This document shows, one piece after another, positions 50,310-60,138 of a stretch of 64,000 bases of DNA. The notes beneath the pieces were generated by a model. That model was not told the origin of the DNA. It did not search any database and worked only from the letters and a program-made list of their open reading frames with translations. Source of the DNA: Felis catus (Eukaryota); assembly GCF_018350175.1 (NCBI RefSeq), contig NC_058368.1, positions 102,736,001-102,800,000 on the forward strand, read 5' to 3'. Within the stretch, counting starts at the first letter, position 1, and the number at the start of each line of letters is the position of its first letter. The translations under genes were made by a program, and so were the position numbers.

Positions 50310-51145
50310 ACTATTAAACTTTTTCCTTCTTTTAAGTGCAGGGCCAGTTCTGTTTCTAAGGTCCTGATCTTTCACAACACCAGCAAGCTTTTTGAGATGA
50401 ATGAGGGAGATACTGTTTTGGTAAGGATAGGTGGACTTTGAACTGTTCCCAGAGCTGCATTTCTGGTTTTGTAGAGATTTGCAAGATAGAGACAATTGTT
50501 CCCATTTGCGCAAAGAATTGAGTTGTGCCCTGAATAATATCAACAGGCCGATTTTCCCACTCAACCACATATTCTCTCATTTCCTTCTTTATATCAAGGA
50601 GATTTCTAACTCAGATATAAATTAAAAGATTTCTATATTCGAGAACTTCGGGGTTTGAAATAGCTGCCTTAAGAAAAAAAATCTGTATGAAGGGTTCAGC
50701 AAAGGCCTTTAGATGCTCATCTTTCCGAGTGTATGATTCAACCTTAGACCAATTCACCTTAGTTGGAGGAGTTTCTGCTGTTGCTTCTATCAGCCCCTGA
50801 ATATCAGCCTCCATTTGAGACATTTCCAGGTCATTTGTAGCAGAGCCTGGGAGAAATTACAGCCATTTGTTTCCTCTGGGGGAGGAAGTTCCCAAAGGAG
50901 TCATTTAGCTTGTCTGATAACTACAGTATAATCGTGGATGCGAGGAACATCCCTTAATAACCAGACTTGGTCCCCGTGAGTAGATTTGCGAATGGCTACT
51001 AATCTTCCTAATTCCTGTCTGAATTTGGTAGCATCTTCTGTAACTGGAGGTAAAAGGCCTTCATATTTAGAAGATCTGCTGCCATCCAGGGTTCATGAAT
51101 TCTTTGAGGTAGATGTCCAGGATATGTTCACGAAGACATTGCATA
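50310..51145 (-). pseudogene. gag: Decayed retroviral gag (capsid plus nucleocapsid zinc knuckle)
   Basis: Minus-strand peptides HEPWMAADLLN / LPPVTEDATKFRQELGRLVAIRKSTHGDQVWLL (capsid N-terminus-like), PTKVNWSKVESYTRKDEHLKAFAE (MHR-like) and CWCCERSGP*KQNW (eroded CX2CX4HX4C); frameshifted. Confidence 0.75.
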
Positions 51146-51360
51146 GGAAAGCCTGAAGCTCTCAGATCCTGGTACAGAGCCCTGGAAAGTGGGAGTAGTT
51201 GTAAGTGATACAACGCAAACTTTACTGTCCATCTGGGGTATTTCTGCTAAATTCACGCCCTGGCTTTTAGTGTTTATATAACTAACTGGTATATCCTAGG
51301 CCTGGAGATCACACAGAATGCTTCCTGTAAATCTTACAAAGAGAAGGCAGTCAAAACAGG

Positions 51361-51808
51361 TGTAGGGGCCAAGGGCAGGCTGCCACATGATGGTTTTTTG
51401 GCATGAACGTTATTTTGAGCTAAAAGCAGTCAAAACCAGCAGATTCAGGAAAAGCTCTTTGCCTCCCTCCTCAACTGCCTGCTTGTACCAGGAAGAGAGT
51501 GATTCATAGAGATTCTTCTTTAACTAAGAAATATACCCACGTAATATGGCAACCTTTGTTTTCCAAACATGTTTCCCTTTCTTGCTAGTGGTCTACCTTC
51601 TATTTGCATTCTCAGAACCCTACCCCTCTCCTTAGCGCATGTAAGAACCATGTTTCTCCACTGTATCTGGAATTTCCATGTCTGTGTGGATTCCCGTTAA
51701 TTGCGTCGCTAAATTTGATTTTCTCCTGTTAATCTGTCTCATGTCAGTTCGGTTTTTAGCCCACCTAGAAAGACTTCGAATGATAGAGGAAATTCTTCCT
51801 TCTCAACA
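51361..51808 (+). mobile_element. Nested solo LTR of a related family, opposite orientation
   Basis: TGTAGGGGCC...TTCTCAACA; 4-bp TSD CAGG (51357-51360, 51809-51812); shares CCAGCAGATTC...AAAAGCTCTT with the host LTR. Confidence 0.88.
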
Positions 51809-52362
51809 CAGGCAGCTGGGCGTTTAAGGGATTTTGTACGGAAGTCGGAGGAGTTCGGAGATCTAAGGAAATTTGCTAAAATGAGGGGGTTGGATTTTGA
51901 GAGGAGGGGTGGTTACACGAGGGGCCTAGAGATCCGTAAGATCTTCTGGAGGGTCGGGGACCAGAAGTTGCGGATAAAAGGGTGGAGAAGAGGGTGGAGT
52001 CGAAAAAGTGTACTCCCAAAGATAATCAGGAAAAAGAAAGACTTAAACCCATCTCTAGCTGCAAATGGAGTCCACATTTCTTTCCAACCACGTTTTATGA
52101 CACAGGCAAAAGAAAATAATGACCATCTCTGGAACGGGATCAATAGAAAATGAAAGCACTCCCAAAAAATTTTGACCAAAGTCACTATATCCAAGGGACC
52201 AGTTCCACCAAATATTTTCTCTTGATAATCTAAATGTGTATATAGGTAAGGAGGCAGGCCGAGATCCAGGGGACTAACACTTCAAGAATTCGGCCCCTCT
52301 GCTGGCTTTTGTCAGAGGTGCCAGGATCTCTCAGCTACAGCAGGTCACAGTGAGCAGTGTCT

Positions 52363-52380
52363 AGCCCGCTGTGATCGCCA
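52363..52380 (-). other. Primer-binding site (degenerate, tRNA-Arg-like)
   Basis: TGGCGATCACAGCGGGCT begins 2 nt downstream of the 5' LTR end. Confidence 0.65.
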
Positions 52381-52382
52381 AC

Positions 52383-52840
52383 TGTAGGGGCAGAATTTTC
52401 CTTTTGCTCTTCTAGGTTCTTTGGCTGGTCTAACGATCAAATCGACGCAAGGCATATTAACCAGAGAAAACCAAAATGATATACGTTGGGAAGGCCCATA
52501 AAGACATGAAGATTCAAAAGGCAATCACAGAATAGAAGCTTATAGAATACCTTGAGCTATGGAAAGAGTCTAGGGATGCAAAGGGGAGGGAGGCCTTTCA
52601 TAAGAAGGTTTAGAAGATAAAGGCTGCCCTGCTAGGCAGCTAAGTTTCTTAGGTAAGAAGTTATCTGTGTGCTAAGAGCTCTCTCCCTGGTACAGGTCCC
52701 CTCTCTGGTGTGAATGTAGGCAGATGAGGGTACAGGGAAGAGCTTTTCTCGAATCTGCTGGGTATTCATCGCCTTTAGGTTAAAATAATCCTTTTGCCAA
52801 AGAAACATGTTTTGGGGTGGCAAAATCTGCTCCCCTTCAT
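52383..52840 (-). mobile_element. 5' LTR
   Basis: TGTAGGGGC...CTCCCCTTCA; direct repeat of 44442-44910. Confidence 0.9.
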
Positions 52841-53406
52841 AGCTGAATCCTAGATCTGTGATCAATTGCTCAGCTTAAACCAAATTATATCCGGAGGATA
52901 TCATTTTCACACCTCGGATTCACATTCAAAGTATTTTTCTGCTTCTTACAGTGCAAGAGAAGGAATGAAACCAACACTGGAAGCCAGATTTGAGAGGGAG
53001 AGACACCTGGGTAATCAGAAGGCTTTGTTCCCTAAAGCCCAGTTAAATAGTGTTGAGCCATCACTCAGTGCTAACAGAAACAGTTTTCTCTTGCATTGCT
53101 CTAAAACCAACTACTAAATAATGTTAAAATATCTTTGAGGCAATAATGTATAATCACTCACAGTTCTTTTGAAGGGAATGTGGCTAAGATGAAAAAAAAA
53201 AAAGCCCAAAGGCAGAGAGCTTTTAACGACCAGCCATTTGGCAATATTACCATCCACACTCCCTCCTGCCCTACTCCCCTCCCTCCAACCCTTAGTATAA
53301 ATCTTCTCTCTGGATTTAGCGTTGGACAGAGAGATTGTGAAATCACTTAAAAAAAAAAAAAAGTTCTTGGTGTTGTTCTTCATTTGTTCTGTTCACTTTG
53401 GTACAT

Positions 53407-53628
53407 TTTTTTTTAAAATTTTTTTTTAACGTTTATTTATTTTTAAGACCGAGAGAGACGGAGCATGAACGGAGGAGGGGCAGAGAGAGGGAGACACAGA
53501 ATCGGAAACAGGCTCCAGGCTCTGAGCTGTCAGCACAGAGCCCGACGCGGGGCTTGAACTCAAGGACCGTGAGATCATGACCTGAGCCGAAGTCGGACGT
53601 CCAACCGGCTGAGCCACCCAGGCACCCC
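53407..53628 (-). mobile_element. Felid SINE
   Basis: TSD ACTTTGGTACATTTT. Confidence 0.97.
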
Positions 53629-53661
53629 AACTTTGGTACATTTTAAAATATCGATGCGGTA

Positions 53662-53835
53662 GGGGCTCCTGGGTGGCTTAGTCGGTTCAGCGCCCGACTT
53701 CGGCTGAGGTCACGATCTGAGTTTGAGCCCCGTGTTGGGCTCTGCGCTAACAGCTTAGAGCCTGGAGCCTGCCTCAGATTCTATGTCTCCCTCTCTCTGC
53801 TCCCCCCCCCCCAAAAAGAAATAAACATTAATTTT
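53662..53835 (+). mobile_element. Can-SINE with deletions
   Basis: Head, body and tail. Confidence 0.92.
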
Positions 53836-54904
53836 TTTTTTTTAAATATCAGTGTGTTAGAGAGCGTGCTGAGTTTTGAGGTTGTATATCCACCTGTTCT
53901 GGAAGAGGATTTCAATCCATCAGTCAGAGAACTCAAGTTGCCTCCATAGCAGGTGGTCTTGACCTCTAAGGCCAGGAAATAGCAGATGACACAGAGAACC
54001 ACCAATTGAGAGAGAGACAGAGAGAGAGAGAGGCAAGCATGAGATTTCTCTCAGAAGCAACATTACTTATATCTTTTCTGCTGATTTTACAGAGAGAAGA
54101 GAGGGGAGCTGGTAACAAAGTCCCCAGAGGACACATGGGAGTCACAGTGTTGTCTCAGGTGCTGATGAAGAAAGGAACCCCACGTGATTGGCAGGCATGG
54201 TCCAAGCCTGTATGGACAGTTCTTGACGTACCTTCAGATGGAAGTGTCCATGGAACAATCGTCATCTGCAGTGGCCCATTCACAGCTTTTCTTTATTCAA
54301 TTTTCATACAGTTCTACTTGGAGATACTAATAGCCAAGGGAACAGTCTGAGGGTCAAGGTCTAGGTGTTACGTTTTCTCCCCAGGTAGGGGTCCTGTGGT
54401 AGCTCTCCCAGCTTCTCTGTGCTCCAAGGCCTCTGAATGGACAGATTGTTCTTTCTTAAATAAATCTCAGCATTATTTCCTTTCTTTTCACTTCTGAGAG
54501 CACACTTCAAATAGAGACATTGCAAAAAGCAAATGTCCTCTCTGTGCTTCTTAAGGGGTTTGCAGAGGTGCGCTTGAAATCTTTACTTTTTTCATACATA
54601 TCAAATTTATCTATCTACCTATCATTTATCGATCTGTTATATATTTCAACTATTTTAAGAGGGGGCTATGGCACAGTTGGGGCCAGCTTCCACAGTTGGT
54701 CAGTGAATCAAAAAATTTGCCAAGGAATCCGTGAAATAGGAAACACGTATATATTAGACATCCATCTAGCAGCCTTTTTATGAGGGGATGGGGCGTGTCC
54801 ACCAGTTGGGAAATTCTGCATGGATTTTCTTGCACATACTCATAACTTCTAGTAAAAGTATACAGACAATTAAGAAGCAATGAGCAAGCAGAGTCACTCC
54901 CAAT

Positions 54905-55318
54905 AAGTGAGTCTCAGAGGTTGGCACGTGAACCACTTGGAGGGCTTATTAAAATACAGATTGCTGGGGTGCCTGGGTGGCTCAGTCGGTTGAGCGACTG
55001 ACTTCGGCTCAGGTCATGATCTCACGGTTTGCGAGTTCGAGCCCCGCGTTGGGCTCTGTGCTGCCGGCTCAGAGCCTGGAGCCTGCTTCTGATTCTGTGT
55101 CTCCCTCTCTCTCTGCCCCTCCCCACTCATGCTCTGTCTCTGTCTCAGAAATAAATAAATATTGAAGAAAATTAAAAAAAAAATACAGATTGCTGAACCC
55201 CATCCCTAGAGCTTTGGATTCAGTAGATCTGGGACGGGGTCTGAGAATTTGGGTTTCTAACCAGTTTCTAGGTGATGTTGATGTGGCCGGTCAAGGGATC
55301 ACTCCTTGAGAACCACTG
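54905..55318. mobile_element. MER5A-like hAT DNA transposon remnant, split by a SINE
   Basis: TTAAAATACAGATTGCTG...GATTCAGTAGATCTGGGACGGGGTCTGAGAATTTG...GGTGATGTTGATG...TTGAGAACCACTG. Confidence 0.85.
54966..55178 (+). mobile_element. Can-SINE
   Basis: TSD AAAATACAGATTGCTG. Confidence 0.96.
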
Positions 55319-55445
55319 TTGGAGATTTTCATCAGACTTCACAGAAAATATGTCATATTTTATAGAAAGAAGAAATAATGTTGGTAAGTAGGAGAGGTCG
55401 TTAATAGAAAGTAGGTTGAGAGTGAATATAAATATGTATGTATTA

Positions 55446-55636
55446 GGGCCACCCGGGTGGCTCAGTCGGTTGAGCATCCAAATTCGACTCGGGTCATGAT
55501 CTCACAGTTGCTGAGTTCAAGCCCCGCATCAGGCTCACTGCTGTCAGCACAGAGCTCACTTTGGATCCTCTGTCCCCCTTTCACTGCCCTTCCCCCACTC
55601 ACGCTCTCTCTCAAAAATAAGCAAATATTAAAAAAA
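55446..55636 (+). mobile_element. Can-SINE
   Basis: Head, body and tail. Confidence 0.93.
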
Positions 55637-56127
55637 ATATATATATATATGTATTTTATAAACTTGGATATACAGCAATCCATATTCACTTGCATGTTTT
55701 CCCCTAGAGCACTTGTAAATTGACATATGATGTTGATAATGTGCTATGAATAGCTGGCTTTACAAGAGGAGGAAGGAAGTCCTTTTAGGAAATGAGATTG
55801 TTCTTTAAAACCCTTTCCCTCTACACTGAACAAGTTAAGCTCTCAGGGCTTCCTTACTCCCCTGTAAACTGGCCATGATTGCAAATACATTACAGGGTTC
55901 TTTTGAAGACAAAAGGTATGCTATATAGCAGGTTTTTTTTTTCATAGTAAGTAGGGGAGGAAATGGGGGAAAATCCCTAAGGACCTAGTAGAGAACAACT
56001 TTATTGAGGTCTCCTTGATCATGTTTTAAAAACAAAAGCATATTTTCCCTTTTTAATCTATAAGAGATGTTTGTTTTCATATAAAAATATTTTACACAAT
56101 TTGACATTAACCACATTTATCTTTTGA

Positions 56128-56256
56128 TTTTTTTTTTTTTTTCATTACCCTTCAGGCGCAGGGGTGAGCCCAGTGCAGGGCTCGCGACCCTGGGATCAAG
56201 AACTGGGCTGAGATCAAGAGTCAGACACTTAACAGACTAAGCCACCCAGGTGCCCC
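56128..56256 (-). mobile_element. Short Can-SINE
   Basis: TSD TATCTTT; antisense head. Confidence 0.85.
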
Positions 56257-56599
56257 TATCTTTAGATTGCTGCTAGGAAGAACAACTACTTTAGTTTGAC
56301 AAACTTAGGAAAATGCTTTGTAAACAGGAAGGCATCACAGTTTTCTTATTATTAGATGTTGTTTTACTTTGGCAAACATGTGAGGCATTCATTAGCGCAT
56401 CCACTGACTTCGATGTCTCATGTATAGATTTCTTGGGCTGATGTTTGGGCTTTACATGATCAAACATGTGATAAGATTTTTTTGTTTTGTTTTCTTTTTG
56501 TCCCGATGTTGTCTGTAATCTTAAAATTTTACTTCCAGATTGAGTTTCAGAGATGGAACAAGGTCAACACCATTTTGAGAGTGTAATTGACCTATGGAT

Positions 56600-56962
56600 T
56601 TATTTATTTCTCTCTCTCTCTTTTTTAAAGTAAGTTCTACACCCAGCGTGGAGCTTGAACTCACAACCCAGAGATCAAGAGTCACACGCTAGAGGCGCCT
56701 GGGTGGCGCAGTCGGTTAAGCGTCCGACTTCAGCCAGGTCACGATCTCTCGCGGTCCGTGAGTTCGAGCCCCACGTCGGGCTCTGGGCTGATGGCTCAGA
56801 GCCTGGAGCCTGTTTCCGATTCTGTGTCTCCCTCTCTCTCTGCCCCTCCCCCGTTCATGCTCTGTCTCTCTCTGTCCCAAAAATAAATAAACGTTGAAAA
56901 AAAAATTAAAAAAAAAAAAAAAAGAGTCACACGCTCTACTGACTGAGCCAGCCAGGCACCCC
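56600..56962 (-). mobile_element. Short Can-SINE (host), interrupted
   Basis: Halves rejoin across the TSD AAGAGTCACACGCT. Confidence 0.85.
56691..56921 (+). mobile_element. Young felid SINE nested in a SINE
   Basis: TSD AAGAGTCACACGCT (56677-56690, 56922-56935). Confidence 0.96.
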
Positions 56963-57349
56963 TTGTTTATCTCTTAATAAAGTAACAAATTTAGGGGACA
57001 GTGAGTGAATATAACAGCTAATGATTTTTGTGTTACATCATTACCCCAGCTCTAGCATAATCAAAATTTTAAATGTGTATCTTACATTCACAGAAAAGTA
57101 CTGTTTTAATGTCATGTCTAACTAAAAGAATCTGAAAACAAATATTCCAATTTATGCATGATCCATTTAATCATTATTTCTTGAACACCTCCTTTGCTGA
57201 CACTGACACCATCTCCATGAGGGAGGTAGAGATAAGTAAGACACAATTTTGATTCTTGGCTTTCCAGCAATTGACCAGAGAGCCGTTGGACTTTTTCCCT
57301 TTAAAGATAACCATCTACTTAAAGCTAATGATCTTAACAGCACGGCTAA

Positions 57350-57560
57350 AGTAACTGGTCTGGGAACTGGGGAGTCAGACAGAGGTTGTTGTGAAACCCT
57401 GTTCAGCTGCTCCCGAGGTATGTGATGGTGGGAAGGTGACTTAAATCTTTCCACTTGTCAGTTTTTCAGTCTGTACAGTGGGGACAATTTACTGCGCAGG
57501 GTCTTGTGACGAGTGGAAACAATATATTTTAAAAACATGAAAAGCAGTGACCCGTGCTTA
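57350..57560 (+). mobile_element. MIR-like fragment
   Basis: GTGACTTAAATCTTTCCACTTGTCAGTTTTTCAGTCTGTACAGTGGGGACAAT resembles the MIR core. Confidence 0.6.
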
Positions 57561-58132
57561 GATCTTCCATCTCGGCTCCTTTCTACTTGCTTTTTGAGTT
57601 AGCTTGAGTTTGTGAGTTGGTCTCACGCCAGGACTTTTGGACACGTGAAGATGGCTGCCTGGTTGCGTGCCCAGATCATGGTTCTGGGAGCTGCAATGAG
57701 ATGGCCAGGAAGGATCCCCTATGGCTGTTCTTGTCGGAAGCGGGCAATGGCCATCATAACCATGTACGATGTCATGTCCTTCCCTGCCCCTCAGCGAAAG
57801 CTAAAAAGGGAAGATAGAGTTCATCTGTAATTGAATAGAACTCAAAGTTAAGTTTATGGTTCAGCAAGGAGCATACCACAGTTTTACATTGGACGTGGAG
57901 ATCCAAATTAAGCTTTTTTTTTTTTACTCTCAAAAAATTTTTACTATGGGTGTTAGAAATGTCCCTGTGTAAGAGAAACAAGGACTGAGCCCATTCCTTT
58001 CCTCTTTTAATTTTTGAAAGTCTCCGAAAGTAGATGGGTGTTAGGTAGGTACTTAGGAAGTTTCCAGATAAATTCTGGAGAAATAAAGATCAAACTGGGA
58101 GCGCCAATACTCTATTTAAAGACATGTAAATT

Positions 58133-58357
58133 GGGGCGCCTGGGTGGCGCAGTCGGTTAAGTGTCCGACTTCAGCCAGGTCACGATCTCGCGGTCCGTGA
58201 GTTCGAGCCCCGCGTCGGGCTCTGGGCTGATGGCTCAGAGCCTGGAGCCTGTTTCCGATTCTGTGTCTCCCTCTCTCTCTGCCCCTCCCCTGTTCACGCT
58301 CTGTCTCTCTCTGTCCCAAAAATAAATAAATGTTGAAAAAAAAATTAAAAAAAAAAA
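58133..58357 (+). mobile_element. Young felid SINE
   Basis: TSD TAAAGACATGTAAATT. Confidence 0.97.
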
Positions 58358-58609
58358 TAAAGACATGTAAATTAAGCATTGATCCACGAAGAGTTTATTG
58401 TTAATGTCTAATGTTAATGTCTTCAGGATTGCATAGGCAAATCAAAGATGCATGGATATTGCAACCATATATAAATTCGATAGTGGAGCAAAAAGACCAC
58501 AGCTCACCATGTATTTTGATTGTATGTATAGTTTTCTTTTTTAACTCTTTAGAGATAAATTGGAAGCTTTAGGTACACCTGTATATGTTTTTGTGGGATA
58601 CAAACACAG

Positions 58610-59250
58610 TGTTGAGGCTTAGAATGCTCTACCCTGAAATATGACAGATTGCATGTTGACTGTATTTAAACTGGAGATATTTGAGAAATAGAAAGTATAG
58701 GGAGGACACTGACCTCCCCCTTTTTCCCCGAAGCAGGCCACAGACCTTAATGTGAGGGTGCCTGGGTGGTTCAGTCAGTTGGACATCCGACTTTGGTTCA
58801 GGTCATGATCTCAAAGTTGCGAGACGGAGTCCCGCTACGGGCTCGTGCTGGGCGTGGAACCTGCTTAAGATTCTCTCTCTCTCTCTCTCTCTCTCTGCCC
58901 CTCTCCCACTTGCAGGTGCATGCATGCTCTCTCTCTCTCTCTCAAAAACAAAAAAAAAATTATGAAAGAACAAGCCTTGGTAAGTGTGCCCCAGTTTACT
59001 ACTCTTAGTTCAGACCCTTTCGTCCTGTCTCATTTTCCGCGACTTTCCACTGTTCATCAAACTTAGTATGAAAACACATAGGCTTAGCTGTTTCTTCGGG
59101 TCCTCATCACAAAAGTTCCTATGCCACGTGAATCTTATGTGAAATGAAACGTATCTGCTTTTCTCCTGTTCATCTGTCTTTGCCAGTTTAGTTTTCAGAC
59201 CCAGCGAGGGACCCTAAGGGGGATGAGGAGAAGTTTTTCCTTCTCTCCAC
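58610..59250 (+). mobile_element. Solo LTR (MER34/MER39-like), split by a SINE
   Basis: TGTTGAGGCTTAGAATGCTCTACCCTGAAATATG start; U5 TTTTCTCCTGTTCATCTGTCT...AAGTTTTTCCTTCTCTCCAC resembles the end of 51361-51808. Confidence 0.75.
58754..58959 (+). mobile_element. Can-SINE
   Basis: Head, (CT)n and tail. Confidence 0.9.
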
Positions 59251-59712
59251 TGTGCACATACGTCTGCGTCTAACAACTTACGTATTAATTCAACACTTGC
59301 TCTTTAATGTTACTGGCACCAAAAAGCCCACCAAGAAATCGTCATAAATTTACTAACATCCAAAAGTAGGGGAAGTGCCCTGCTGCACATTGTTCGTATA
59401 ATCCTTTCACCTCATCTCCTCTACATTTTGAAAGCCTGATATGCCTAATAGCGATAGGTTTTGACTTACAGCAATTTACACCCAAAGTCCTTTGCCAAGA
59501 GTATCCCATGTTATTATTTGTGGATCTAAAAGCAGGCACGTCACAAATTATATTTGTCAGTAGGTCTCCCCTCTTGTGCCCTGGCATATAAAATCTTCCT
59601 TCCCTCCTCGTCCCTCTTCTCCACTTGCCTGGCCTTAGTCTTTCTGGGATCTGTGACCATTGGCTTCAGACACAATTCCTACTCTTTCTCCTCTTTAATC
59701 ACAATACAGGAT

Positions 59713-59931
59713 TGGGGCACTTGGGTGGTTCAGTCGGTTAAGCATCTGACTCTTGATTTCGGCTCAGGTCATGATCTCACGGTTTGTGAGTTAGAGCCCC
59801 CATACTGGGCTCTATGCTGATAGCACCAAGCCTATTTGGGATTCTCTCTCTCTCTCCCTCTCTCTCTGCCCCTTCCCTGCACGTGCACAGGAGCATGTGT
59901 GCTCTCTCTTTCTCTCAAAATAAATAAACAT
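59713..59931 (+). mobile_element. Can-SINE
   Basis: Outer TSD ATACAGGATTGG / ATACAGGGTTGG. Confidence 0.93.
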
Positions 59932-60138
59932 AGGGGCGCCTGGGTGGCTCAGTCGGTTGAGCGTCCGACTTCGGCTCAGGTCATGATCTCGCGGTCCGGG
60001 AGTTCGAGCCCCGCGTGGGGCTCTGTGCTGCCAGCTCAGAGCCTGGAGCCTGTTTCAGATTCTGTGTCTCCCTCTCTCTGACCCTCCCCCATTCATGCTC
60101 TGTCTCTCTCTGTCTCAAAAATAAACATTAAAAAAAAA
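59932..60138 (+). mobile_element. Felid SINE inserted into the tail of the preceding SINE
   Basis: TSD AATAAATAAACATA. Confidence 0.95.

Larger units (their letters stand above)
44442..52840 (-). mobile_element. Two-LTR endogenous retrovirus-like element (ERV1, MER34/MER4-group-like), non-autonomous
   Basis: Direct-repeat LTRs 44442-44910 and 52383-52840 with TG...CA ends; PBS; purine-rich tract before the 3' LTR; gag remnant; AT-rich internal region. Confidence 0.88.
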
